Source: an uncultured Nitrososphaerota archaeon (GTDB taxonomy: Archaea > Thermoproteota > EX4484-205 > JAAOZP01). Taken from it: DNA of 53,484 nucleotides. The notes below the pieces were generated by a model that saw only the letters and a list, made by a program, of their open reading frames with translations, was not told the DNA's origin and searched no databases. Position numbers and translations under genes: made by a program. Of this stretch, positions 28,652-37,584 are shown piece after piece. How positions within the stretch are numbered: position 1 is the first letter of the stretch; every line of letters begins with the position of its first letter. The stretch is from NCBI GenBank assembly GCA_964616835.1, contig CAZTSG010000004.1:1-53484 (forward strand). Direction: 5' to 3'.

Positions 28652-29186
28652 AAAGAGGATTGAGGCAGCACTGTTCGCGTCAGGTAGGCCATTAAGCATT
28701 TTACAACTCAAGTCTGCAGCAGGGGTTAGGAAGGTTGATAAGGTTGAGAACGCGTTGAGAGAGTTGATTGAAGAATATAGGTCGAGAGATACAAGCCTTG
28801 AAATAGTTGAAATAGGCCATGAAAACTACATGCTCAGAGTAAAACCTGAGTATGCTAACTGCGTTAAAAAACTGGGAGTAAAGCCGATGATTAGCCGAGC
28901 TAGTTTGAAGACCCTGACCCTGATAGGTTTAAAACAACCTATTGCTCAATCCAAGATTGTTGCCTTAAGGGGGACGCATGCTTACAAGCAGGTCCAGAAG
29001 CTGGTTGAAATGGGGCTTGTTGAAGCAAGCAGGAGCGGGAGAAGCAGGCTACTAAGTCTTACTCCTACTGGCTTAAGCATTTTCGGCGCGCGTAACGATG
29101 AGGAGCTCAGACAAGCCTTAAGAAGCCGCTTGCAGCCAATGCCTTCTCATGAGCAGAATAGGGAGGATACAGGACAGGCTGAGTAG
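28626..29186 (+). CDS. scpB: KITE protein ScpB
   Basis: Motifs IEAALFASGRPL, TLTLIGLKQPI, RG...AY. Confidence 0.9.
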   Translation: MVLKESEYKKRIEAALFASGRPLSILQLKSAAGVRKVDKVENALRELIEEYRSRDTSLEIVEIGHENYMLRVKPEYANCVKKLGVKPMISRASLKTLTLIGLKQPIAQSKIVALRGTHAYKQVQKLVEMGLVEASRSGRSRLLSLTPTGLSIFGARNDEELRQALRSRLQPMPSHEQNREDTGQAE

Positions 29187-30195
29187 AACAGGCATAGACC
29201 TTCTGGCCTTAAGAGAGCAGGGGAACATAATATATGCTGTTGATTGGGATAAGCCTATTTCCGGGATTCTCCTAATACCGAGAAGCGGTGAAGCTAAGCT
29301 TCTGACCAGCCCGCTTGAAAGCGTTAACCTTCCTCCTTCACTCAATGGTGTTAAAGTGGTTAAAGTGGAGAGGGGTGAGAGGCTTCTTAAAGGATTCTTG
29401 AGAGAAGTGGGAAAGGGCCTCAAATACATTGAGTTCGACTCCATAGATATGAGTGACGCTCTGAGGCTGGAGGAGGAGCTCGGCGTCCTAGTAAAGACCC
29501 GGAGCAAGATTGTAAGCGAAATGCGCATGATTAAGGATAAACATGAAATTGAAAAGCTGAAGAGGGCTGCTGAGATTGCGAGCTCAACCGCTAGAGAGGT
29601 GCTTGAAGACTTAAGGGAGGGGGTTTCTGAAGTGGAGGTAGCGTGCCATTATAATCGTACTATTGTGTTGAAGGAAGCTCTAAAACCGGCTTTCGAAACC
29701 ATAGTGGCTTTTGGAGAAGACTCGTCTAACCCCCATTTCACTCCATCCTCCAGAAGACTACGGAGAGGAGATGTTGTGCTACTGGACGCTGGAGCAGACT
29801 ATTTGAACTACAAGAGTGATTTGACGAGGACAATAGTGTTTAGAGGGGAGGCGGGGAAGAGCATGATTAGAGAAATGATTGAAGCAGTCGAGGAGGCTAA
29901 GAAGGCTGCTGAAGAAAAAGTATTCCCAGGAGCCAAGGCTTGTGAGATAGATAAGCGTGCGTGCGAAGTGCTTTCCGAATACGGTTTCGATAAGCATTTT
30001 GCACACGGGCTTGGGCACGGTGTTGGAATCGATATTCATGAGCCGCCTAGTATTGCTCCTTCAAGCAATGAGGAGCTTAAGACAGGCAACGTTATAACTA
30101 TAGAGCCGGGGGTCTACGTACCGGGCGTTGGCGGAGTTAGGATTGAAGACACTTATCTCGTAACCGACTCGGGGCCAGTAAAGCTCACTTTTTAA
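29149..30195 (+). CDS. pepQ: Xaa-Pro aminopeptidase/prolidase (M24)
   Basis: Motifs DAG...SDLTRT, HGLGHGVGIDIHE, TIEPG, RIED. Confidence 0.88.
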   Translation: MSRIGRIQDRLSRTGIDLLALREQGNIIYAVDWDKPISGILLIPRSGEAKLLTSPLESVNLPPSLNGVKVVKVERGERLLKGFLREVGKGLKYIEFDSIDMSDALRLEEELGVLVKTRSKIVSEMRMIKDKHEIEKLKRAAEIASSTAREVLEDLREGVSEVEVACHYNRTIVLKEALKPAFETIVAFGEDSSNPHFTPSSRRLRRGDVVLLDAGADYLNYKSDLTRTIVFRGEAGKSMIREMIEAVEEAKKAAEEKVFPGAKACEIDKRACEVLSEYGFDKHFAHGLGHGVGIDIHEPPSIAPSSNEELKTGNVITIEPGVYVPGVGGVRIEDTYLVTDSGPVKLTF

Positions 30196-30995
30196 AGGCC
30201 GAATTTCCTCTTCCTCTTTTGGTACGTTCTTATAGCTCTTAGAAGATCTATCTTCCTGAACTCGGGCCAGTACACATCTATGAAAACAAGCTCGCTGTAA
30301 GCCGACTGCCAGAGGAGAAAATTGCTAAGCCTTTCCTCTCCGGATGTTCTAATTATAAGATCGGGGTCCGGTTCTGGAAGATGAGCAGTATAGAGCCTGC
30401 TTGAAATGGTCTCCTCATTTATTTCTTCAGGATCCAACAGTTTTTTTGAAACATCGTAGGCAATGCTCTTAACCGCGTCTACTATTTCAGCCCTGCCCCC
30501 ATAGGCGAAGGCGATGTTCAAGAAGTGTGACGAATACTTCTCAGTGTCTTTCTCAATTTTCTCCACGTATTGCATTATGTCGGAGGGAATAAGGTCTCTT
30601 CTGCCAATCACCTTAAAGCGAGTCTGGTTCTCATGAAGAACCCCGTTATCCATTATTTCTAAGAGCTTATTCTTGAATAATTTTAGTAATAATTGAATTT
30701 CCTCGGACGACCTATTGAGATTCTCTGTAGATAAAACATAAAGTGTGAGAATCTTTATCCCAAGTTCATGACACCATTTAACAACCTCGTCAACCTTCTT
30801 GGCACCAAAAACATGTCCAAGCGATTTGTCCAAGCCCTTTAGCTCAGCCCACCTTCTGTTACCATCCATGATTATGCCTATGTGGTTAGGCATAGGCAGC
30901 TGGCTGACTTGCTTAAGCAGGCTTTTCTCATACAGCCAGATTGAGAACCTGCTTCTCGAAATCCTTAATGCAATGCTCCCTAGGAGTTTCCGCAT
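30192..30995 (-). CDS. uppS: cis-prenyltransferase (polyprenyl diphosphate synthase)
   Basis: Motifs IIMDGNRRWA, STEN, YGGRAEI, IRTSGEERLSNFLLWQ. Confidence 0.93.
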   Translation of the reverse strand: MRKLLGSIALRISRSRFSIWLYEKSLLKQVSQLPMPNHIGIIMDGNRRWAELKGLDKSLGHVFGAKKVDEVVKWCHELGIKILTLYVLSTENLNRSSEEIQLLLKLFKNKLLEIMDNGVLHENQTRFKVIGRRDLIPSDIMQYVEKIEKDTEKYSSHFLNIAFAYGGRAEIVDAVKSIAYDVSKKLLDPEEINEETISSRLYTAHLPEPDPDLIIRTSGEERLSNFLLWQSAYSELVFIDVYWPEFRKIDLLRAIRTYQKRKRKFGL

Positions 30996-31001
30996 CCACC
31001 A

Positions 31002-32114
31002 TCATTCTTCAACGAAGGCTATTTTAAACGTTTTTGAAATAAACAGGAGGAATCTTGTGACTAGGAATACAAGAATGTTAGCGGCATACATTAAAACCAG
31101 TGTGAGTATGCTTATGTTTAGCAGAAGCCTGAGGTCGAAAGAGGGGACGGATGCAGCTATCCCCAGGGTTCTGACCAATGGAACTAGGGACATAAAGTTT
31201 ACCAGTATAGATAGAGAATCCCGGATACTTGGGATTTTAAGAGGATACTTCAGTGAGCCGCTAATCAGTATTAGCGCAACCCCGAGAAGAAAGACATCAA
31301 CTACTTGCGCGATAAACCTTCCTAGAAGAACTAGGAACGCTTCATTCCTCTCCATATTGTAGCCAGTATAAAAAGTAAAGAAGATAAGCGCGAGCCCTGT
31401 GAATAAAAACAGCGTCTTAAAAACAAGCATCATTGGCGGCAGGTTTTCACCGTATATTTGCTTCAGAGCCGAAGAAACCCATTTATCTATGTCCAGACCC
31501 TTTATCAGTATTGCTATTCCAACCATGCTCCAAAAGATTGTGTTAACTTCTTCATACGGTTTGAAATAGCTTAGAACGGCTAAAGACGTTATTAATAAGC
31601 CTCCAAGCCCGAGAACCCACTTCTTGAACCTCGGGTCGGTGAAAAGCATTTTCAAATATCTTCCGAAAACTATGTATGATTCTTCGATAGCACGGCTCTG
31701 CTTAACAACAACCCTTCTCACTCCCGCCAGGGGAAGCCTAGCCTTTAAAACTGGCTCTATGTCCTCCTCTCCGAAGCCGTCAGTAACAACATAGACTTCC
31801 GAAGGGGGGAACGATTTTGCGATACGCATTATCTCTTCAACCGCTTTCCTAGATGCTTCCAGCCCCCCGTTCTTTAAGCCACTAACGACACAGACCTCGG
31901 TTAAACAGCCCGATCTTGAGAAATCGTCTGTGAGCCTTACGGAGGCGAACATAGCGTTTAAATCAGCTTCCTCAGGATCGGAGAGAGCAAGCTTTTCAGC
32001 TGCTTTCAAGACGTTTTCCCTGCCTATTATAGGAGTCTCTAAGCCGGTTTTTCTACCGACGTCGTCATCCAGGTCTACGCATAGGATTAGGATCCTCTTC
32101 ACACCTTCCTCCAA
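31002..32114 (-). CDS. DUF373-family archaeal membrane protein
   Basis: Motifs LCVDLDDDVG, DPEEADLN, VVTDG, VVKQS; TM-rich C-terminal half. Confidence 0.82.
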   Translation of the reverse strand: MEEGVKRILILCVDLDDDVGRKTGLETPIIGRENVLKAAEKLALSDPEEADLNAMFASVRLTDDFSRSGCLTEVCVVSGLKNGGLEASRKAVEEIMRIAKSFPPSEVYVVTDGFGEEDIEPVLKARLPLAGVRRVVVKQSRAIEESYIVFGRYLKMLFTDPRFKKWVLGLGGLLITSLAVLSYFKPYEEVNTIFWSMVGIAILIKGLDIDKWVSSALKQIYGENLPPMMLVFKTLFLFTGLALIFFTFYTGYNMERNEAFLVLLGRFIAQVVDVFLLGVALILISGSLKYPLKIPSIRDSLSILVNFMSLVPLVRTLGIAASVPSFDLRLLLNISILTLVLMYAANILVFLVTRFLLFISKTFKIAFVEE

Positions 32115-32187
32115 TAGGCTCCTTAAAATCTAGTAATAGCCTCATTATTAAAAATTTTCGTATGTATGAAAAGTCTAAAACTCCGAG

Positions 32188-33069
32188 TTATCTTCCCGGA
32201 AGCTGACTTCCCTGCGTTTCTATCAGAGCCTTAAACTCTTCCCAGTCCAAGGTTTCGCCACGCTTAAGCTTCTCCTGAGCGTCCAGAGCAAGCTTACTCT
32301 TTACCGCCTCTTCTATTTTTAGACGCTTAGCTTGCTCTTCTTGAAGCATCAGTATGCGCCTCATCTTAGCGAGGTAGGATTTGGCGTCTATCTCAACCAT
32401 CTTCATGAAGAGCTCGTCCTTCTTTTTCCTTGCCTCATCTATTTCGGCGTCGAGCCTTGACAACTCTTCTCTTTTAATCCTCCTCTCCTCCAGTAGCTCC
32501 TTAATCTTGGTATGATAAAGATTTGACGTTTCAACAAGCTTTGCTTTCTCATTATTCTTCTGGATAATCATCGACTTTATTTCTTCAATCTTATTCTCAA
32601 AATCTTCCATGTTCTTCCTCATGCTGATAATTGACTCCACTTCTCGCAGCAACATTCTTGCTCTCTCGATTTCCCTAACCAGCTCAGCCTCCTCCTTAGG
32701 ATCTAAATGTTCTGTCGCCAGCCTCCACTCAAGCCTCGACAGCTGCGCCCTAGCCTCCCTCTCGCTTATCCTTATCTTCCTAGAGCGGCTTTTAACAACA
32801 ACCCTCTTGCGTTCAATCTCGTCCCTAAGGTTTTTCTCAGAACCCCTTAACTGAGCTATCTCCTCCTTAATCTTCTCAATTTGCTGGTTAACCTCGTTCC
32901 TCTTAGCCATGTTCTCATCTATTTGCTTAGTTATTTCAATTATCTCCTCCCTAAGCCGTTTTCTCCTGTCAATAAGCTCCTTAAGCTTCTCCTTCTGCCT
33001 CCTGAGCTCTTCCTCAATCTGCTTAGCGTAATCGCCCGCTAAGCTCTCAGCCTCTTGGTATGCTGGCAA
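32188..33069 (-). CDS. archaeal coiled-coil protein (COG1340-like)
   Basis: Heptad-rich. Contains LEWRLATEHL...EEAELV and C-terminal EKLKRGETLDWEEF. Confidence 0.75.
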   Translation of the reverse strand: MPAYQEAESLAGDYAKQIEEELRRQKEKLKELIDRRKRLREEIIEITKQIDENMAKRNEVNQQIEKIKEEIAQLRGSEKNLRDEIERKRVVVKSRSRKIRISEREARAQLSRLEWRLATEHLDPKEEAELVREIERARMLLREVESIISMRKNMEDFENKIEEIKSMIIQKNNEKAKLVETSNLYHTKIKELLEERRIKREELSRLDAEIDEARKKKDELFMKMVEIDAKSYLAKMRRILMLQEEQAKRLKIEEAVKSKLALDAQEKLKRGETLDWEEFKALIETQGSQLPGR

Positions 33070-33126
33070 ATCATTGAGGGTTTTACATAATGGTTTAATA
33101 AATTTTCCGGTAGTCGGAAACCGGCT

Positions 33127-33900
33127 TTAAATTGCCTGTTCTTGCGCAAACTCTTCACCAGTTCCGAGGATTCTAGTGACCTGCGAATACACTTCTACGA
33201 AGCCCTCCATCGTCACTGCTGAAACAGGTATCGGCTTGTTCAAGCTGCTTAAAATAGGGAGTGTTTTCGAAAGCTCCTGCCCTAGTTTCAGCTTCTCACT
33301 CCTATAGGATTTGCTAATGGCTTCGTACAGCGTTAGTGGGTTGGAGTACCATTCGCTAATTCTCTTAACCAGACGGGGCTCTGCAAGGTCTACTTTGTTA
33401 ATTACGTTGAGCTGAGGGATAGTGAGGGAGGCGTAGACAGATATGCTCAAGTATAGTGAAGCAAGAAAGCTAAGCGGCTCAAGCATGAATGCATAGTCGA
33501 AGAGGTATATAACCATCCGGGGGCCTTCTAAAAAGTACTCTGAGAAAACTCTTCCAACGGGTCTGAAGGCGAACAATTCTATCTGGCCTGGAGTATCTAC
33601 AATAGCGATCTCATAACCCATTGCTTCAATCTCTTCGCTGATCTCATGCACTTTTACTGCTATCAGGTCTGAAGCAACTGTGAGTGCACTATTCGGCCCT
33701 AGTCCAAGGTCTCTCATAAGCTTCTCAGTGTTAACGTAAGTTCTAACGTCGAAGTCAGCAGTATAAGGCAGGTTTACAACACCAGGGTCCAAGTTAATTC
33801 TCGCAACGTCAACGCCTTTACTTTCAATCCACTCGGAAAAGTTTTTTACGAAGGTTGTTTTACCGCTTCCCGCGGTACCTATTAAGAAGATAGCCTTCAT
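33127..33900 (-). CDS. GPN-loop GTPase
   Basis: Motifs GTAGSGKT, NLDPG, LGPN, DTPGQIE, NKVD, SA. Confidence 0.9.
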   Translation of the reverse strand: MKAIFLIGTAGSGKTTFVKNFSEWIESKGVDVARINLDPGVVNLPYTADFDVRTYVNTEKLMRDLGLGPNSALTVASDLIAVKVHEISEEIEAMGYEIAIVDTPGQIELFAFRPVGRVFSEYFLEGPRMVIYLFDYAFMLEPLSFLASLYLSISVYASLTIPQLNVINKVDLAEPRLVKRISEWYSNPLTLYEAISKSYRSEKLKLGQELSKTLPILSSLNKPIPVSAVTMEGFVEVYSQVTRILGTGEEFAQEQAI

Positions 33901-35180
33901 AGAACTATCTTCCTCTTAATCCTATGCTCAACGCTCACTCCGTGCAGAGGAAGACCCTCTGCTCTACTTAACGTTTCAAGATGTTTAGCAGTCTTCCTTA
34001 AGTATTTTAGGGAGAAATGCTGGTATGAAACTATTCTAAGATAATCCAGTATTGTTACACCGCCTCTGACCCTTGCATACCCGCCCGTAGGAAGAATATG
34101 GTTACTTCCTGACATATAGTCTCCAACCGCTGGCGGCGAGGATCCTCCGAGGAAAACGGTGCCAGCTGTCGTGATCTTCTTGAACAACTTGGCCGGATTC
34201 TTGACATGTAGAGAAACATGTTCAGGAGCTAAAAAGTTGCACTTCTCCAAGCCTTCTTCAATAGATTCAACCAAGTATATGTTTATCTTGGTTTTTAAGC
34301 CATATTTCTTCGAAATCTCCCCGAATATTTTCCCAACTAGCTCAGTTAGATCTTTTGAATCAGTTATTAAGGCTATGAAAGAATCGGGAGAGTGCTCAGC
34401 CTGAGCAGCTAAGTCTAAAGCTACGAATTTTGGGTCTGCATTAGAATCCGCTAGGACAACGAGTTCGGATGGTCCTGCTGGAACGTCTATCGAAACACCG
34501 TAGCTGTTTGCAACCATCTTCGCCAAGGTAACGAACCTATTTCCTGGGCCAATTATTTTCTCGACCCTCGGAATAGTTTCAGTGCCAAAGGTTAAGGCAC
34601 CGACGCCAGCAACCATGTTACACCTGTAAACTCTTCTTAAGCCCATTAGCTTAGCAGCATACAGAATCGCCGGGTTCACAGAACCATCCTCTTGCGGAGG
34701 AGTCAAAACATGGATTTCCTTAACGCCAGCCAAAACAGCCGGATAAGCAGCCATAACTATTGTCGAAACATACACGGCCCTACCTCCGGGGACGAGTATT
34801 CCAATTTTCTCAAGCGGATAGAAACGCATGAAGTATTTTAACCCTTCCTCACTGAGCTTTTTTGGAGAAAGCATTCTCATCTGTAAACCAACTACCTTCC
34901 TAATCCTGCTCATCATGAAGAGTATCGCTTTTTTAACATCTTTCGACAAATATTTTTCAGAAGCTTCCAACTCTTCTTGTCTAACCATAAGCCTGTCTTT
35001 TGAAAGCTTAACGTTATCGAAAGGTTTCGGACGAGAAGTATAGTCTAAGAGTGCTTCGTCGCCTCTCTTTTTAACATCAAGCATTATCTGCTCTACGTAG
35101 CGCCTCTCATCATCACTCATATTGAAAGGACTAAAACGGCTAGTTGAATCACTCATTTGACAATAGGCTTTGCAAAGCAC
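33897..35180 (-). CDS. hisD: histidinol dehydrogenase
   Basis: Motifs VPGG, GPGNRFV, PAGPSE, AQAEH, APEH, GDYMSGSNHILPT. Confidence 0.92.
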   Translation of the reverse strand: MLCKAYCQMSDSTSRFSPFNMSDDERRYVEQIMLDVKKRGDEALLDYTSRPKPFDNVKLSKDRLMVRQEELEASEKYLSKDVKKAILFMMSRIRKVVGLQMRMLSPKKLSEEGLKYFMRFYPLEKIGILVPGGRAVYVSTIVMAAYPAVLAGVKEIHVLTPPQEDGSVNPAILYAAKLMGLRRVYRCNMVAGVGALTFGTETIPRVEKIIGPGNRFVTLAKMVANSYGVSIDVPAGPSELVVLADSNADPKFVALDLAAQAEHSPDSFIALITDSKDLTELVGKIFGEISKKYGLKTKINIYLVESIEEGLEKCNFLAPEHVSLHVKNPAKLFKKITTAGTVFLGGSSPPAVGDYMSGSNHILPTGGYARVRGGVTILDYLRIVSYQHFSLKYLRKTAKHLETLSRAEGLPLHGVSVEHRIKRKIVL

Positions 35181-35266
35181 TTGTCTTTTAAAAGTTACTG
35201 AACGAATAATATCATTGCAGTAAATAAACTATTCAGGAATAGGGAAAAGGCAATATTTAACGAGGA

Positions 35267-35515
35267 TTATTCTCCTTCAGACTTCTTATCAAGCCACCAC
35301 TTTACGACTTCTCTTCTCTGCTTCTTCCTCTTCTCTTCATCGCTCTCCATTACTGATTTAAGAAATCTTTCTCTTGTAGTCTTAAGTTCTTCAAATTCGT
35401 AGACTCTTCCACAAGCTTTACAAACGTAAAGCTTGGTGTTCAATTCATACTTGAGTTCTCCACCGCAATCTGGACAATAGTAGACGGGCAACCTGTTATT
35501 GTCAAGTAGCATCAT
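35267..35515 (-). CDS. small Zn-ribbon protein (start may be the internal TTG, giving MPVYYCPDCGG)
   Basis: CPDC and CKAC pairs followed by a charged helix ending in WWL. Confidence 0.7.
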   Translation of the reverse strand: MMLLDNNRLPVYYCPDCGGELKYELNTKLYVCKACGRVYEFEELKTTRERFLKSVMESDEEKRKKQRREVVKWWLDKKSEGE

Positions 35516-35586
35516 GTATAAACTTTTCGTGTCAACCTACGGGTTGGAAAAAGATGCTAAATACCTATTTAATAGTGAAAAACTTA

Positions 35587-35694
35587 TGGGGTCGCCGGGA
35601 TTTGAACCCAGGTCGCCAGCGCCCTTAGCCAGCTATTGCTTCAGGCTGGTATCCTAGACCAAGATGCCCGGTTCAACCCCTAGACGACGACCCC
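35587..35694 (-). tRNA. tRNA-Pro(GGG) with two introns (35664-35679 at 15/16; 35625-35641 at 34/35); CCA not encoded
   Basis: Acceptor stem GGGGTCG/CGACCCC-A, T-loop GTTCAAATC, anticodon stem CCAGC/GCTGG. Removing the BHB/BHL-bounded inserts restores the D-loop AG-CTTGGTCTA and the 7-nt loop CT-GGG-GC. Confidence 0.9.
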
Positions 35695-35717
35695 TTGTTT
35701 TCCTGGTCGCTCAGGCT

Positions 35718-35730
35718 GTTTAAAAACTTT
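35718..35730 (-). promoter_or_regulatory. BRE/TATA box for tRNA-Pro
   Basis: Minus-strand AAAGTTTTTAAA lies about 25-35 nt upstream of the tRNA 5' end. Confidence 0.55.
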
Positions 35731-35837
35731 GTTCCAATACTTATCATCCATTGATCGTTGTTTGGTATTACAGACGCTTGGACTATTAATTTATTTGACG
35801 CTGATTGATTACGCGTTGAGCATCGACACATTAAGAT

Positions 35838-36174
35838 GGAAACGGTGAGGGTGGGGGGAATGCCCTCAGAGACTAGAATCAAACCTTATAGAGGGCGCCC
35901 TCACCGTTTCCTCCAGACCAAAGGAAGACTATTTATATAAATCTTACTCTGCGACGATTTGTTTGACTACATTTTTCGAGCGAGATTTTTTTAAGACTCT
36001 GAACCCGCAGTAAGGACATCTAACGCCTCCTCTAAACTCTAACAAATCCTTCTCGCTAAGAACTCTGCTGCAAGCTAAGCATTGAAACTCCGGCATCGCT
36101 CTTTCACCTTTAAGCGGTGCTTAAAAACATTACTCATTCACCCAACTCTCCCCCTCAACGTTTTACAACCGGAA
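35838..36174. repeat. three ORB-like repeats (core AAACG(G/T)TGAGGG), two forming a perfect 14-bp inverted repeat; candidate oriC
   Basis: GGAAACGGTGAGGG at 35838-35851 (+) and 35898-35911 (-); TTCCGGTTGTAAAACGTTGAGGGGG at 36150-36174 (-). All lie upstream of cdc6. Confidence 0.5.
35944..36096 (-). CDS. rpoP: DNA-directed RNA polymerase subunit P (Rpo12)
   Basis: Translated by hand: MPEFQCLACSRVLSEKDLLEFRGGVRCPYCGFRVLKKSRSKNVVKQIVAE* (50 aa), with SD GGTGA. Absent from the ORF track. Confidence 0.9.
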   Translation of the reverse strand: MPEFQCLACSRVLSEKDLLEFRGGVRCPYCGFRVLKKSRSKNVVKQIVAE

Positions 36175-36208
36175 TTTAAAATAAGCGTTAACCCCCCTTT
36201 TCAGAGAC

Positions 36209-37219
36209 ATGCTGGAAAACACTGTAAACTTAGAAAAGCTATTGTTGAGGAAGGATGAGTATAACAGAATATGGGTACTCTTAGAAATGTTCATGGAAAG
36301 CATTATCCCCGTATCCATGCTAGTAATTGCATCCGGTGAGACGGGTAGTGGTAAGACGACGCTTGCTAAAAAGATTATGCTGGATGCAACGTCTACGTGG
36401 AAAAATCTTAGAACGATTTATTTAGATACCGAATCTGACAATCGCCGCGGTCTTTTTGCAGTATTACAGAAAGCTTGGAACCTAAACGGATACTCGGCTG
36501 TAGAGATTTTACATACCTTGGAAGATAGTAAGAACAAGTTTTTAATAGTAATAGATAATGCTGAAAGCATTGCGGATAAAGGATTTGCCCGAGATCTCTC
36601 AAAGATTAGCGAAGGATTTCCTAACGGAGGATTTTTCCTGCTAGTTATTTTCGGTTCGAAAACTATTCCATTTGATGTTTTAAACGTGTCTCCACCCTCA
36701 TACTTCGTTTATTTCAGCTCTTATGGTCCTAGTGAAATTCGGATGATACTTGATAGTTTTCTTAGTGGAATCGAAAGCAGTCCCTTGGATGATGAAGCTT
36801 TAAATGTGATAAGCGTGGCATCTGGAGGCGATGCAAGCCTAGCATTGTCAATTCTCAAGCTGGCTTCAAGCATCTCAGGTGGCAGACCTATTTGTAAAAA
36901 ACACGTGTTAGAAGCCTTAAGAAAAATATCTGAAAACCCTTTCATTTGCAATATTAACAGAATTAACGATCTTCACGCTAAAGTTATTCTTAAAGTGCTT
37001 TCACAATATCCTCAAGGTATACGTTTAAGAAAGCTTTTCGAGGAGTACAGTAGAACATGCATAGATAGTGGAATAAAACCACTTAAGTATACGCAATTGT
37101 GGAAGAGGATCAGAATTTTAGAAAAGAAAACGCTCCTAGATTTTCGAGTGGTTAATCTTGGAAGAGGAAGAGCAGGCATAGTGAGGACAAGTTGTCTGAA
37201 TGGAGAGACAGCCTCATAA
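36209..37219 (+). CDS. cdc6: Orc1/Cdc6-family initiator, divergent
   Basis: Walker A GETGSGKT, Walker B variant IVIDNAE, FSSY, GDASLAL, and WH end YTQLWKRI...GRGRAG. Confidence 0.75.
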   Translation: MLENTVNLEKLLLRKDEYNRIWVLLEMFMESIIPVSMLVIASGETGSGKTTLAKKIMLDATSTWKNLRTIYLDTESDNRRGLFAVLQKAWNLNGYSAVEILHTLEDSKNKFLIVIDNAESIADKGFARDLSKISEGFPNGGFFLLVIFGSKTIPFDVLNVSPPSYFVYFSSYGPSEIRMILDSFLSGIESSPLDDEALNVISVASGGDASLALSILKLASSISGGRPICKKHVLEALRKISENPFICNINRINDLHAKVILKVLSQYPQGIRLRKLFEEYSRTCIDSGIKPLKYTQLWKRIRILEKKTLLDFRVVNLGRGRAGIVRTSCLNGETAS

Positions 37220-37584
37220 GACTGTTTGAAGAATTATCAAATTCAGTAAGCACTTCCAGAATATTTTGGAAACTGTTTAAGAATGGAGAGATGAGTATTT
37301 CCCAGATAATAAGGCAGACTGGTTTAAACCATAAGATAGTGAGAAAAAGCCTAGAAGAAATGATCGCTAAAGGATTTATAAGAAGGAAATCCTTTGGAAG
37401 AATGAAGATTTATTTTTTGAACAGAGATAATTACAGTATTAGAGTATTGCTTAGCCTTTTAAGCGGGCCTCCTCCGGACCTCTTCTCTAAGGATAATCGA
37501 GTTGTAAAGCTCTCTCAAACGAGCATCGCTCAGCCTGTTGAGGACTCTGCTTCTGAAGGCATCGTCTTCCGAAAGGAACCTTAA
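37192..37584 (+). CDS. ArsR-like winged-helix DNA-binding protein
   Basis: Pattern MSISQIIRQTGLNHKIVRKSL...FGRMKIY. Coupled to cdc6; its 3' end overlaps rfcL. Confidence 0.7.
   Translation: MSEWRDSLIRLFEELSNSVSTSRIFWKLFKNGEMSISQIIRQTGLNHKIVRKSLEEMIAKGFIRRKSFGRMKIYFLNRDNYSIRVLLSLLSGPPPDLFSKDNRVVKLSQTSIAQPVEDSASEGIVFRKEP

Noticed and set aside
35673-35882. 69-aa minus-strand ORF, and a 34-codon plus-strand ORF at 35836-35940
   Set aside because: They overlap the tRNA 5' end and promoter or the inverted repeat, and show no protein-like features.
36187-36205. RNase P RNA 3' motif-like GAAAAGGGGGGTTA on the minus strand
   Set aside because: The rest of the RNA would lie antisense within cdc6, and no 5' GAGGAAAGTCC-like element is present.
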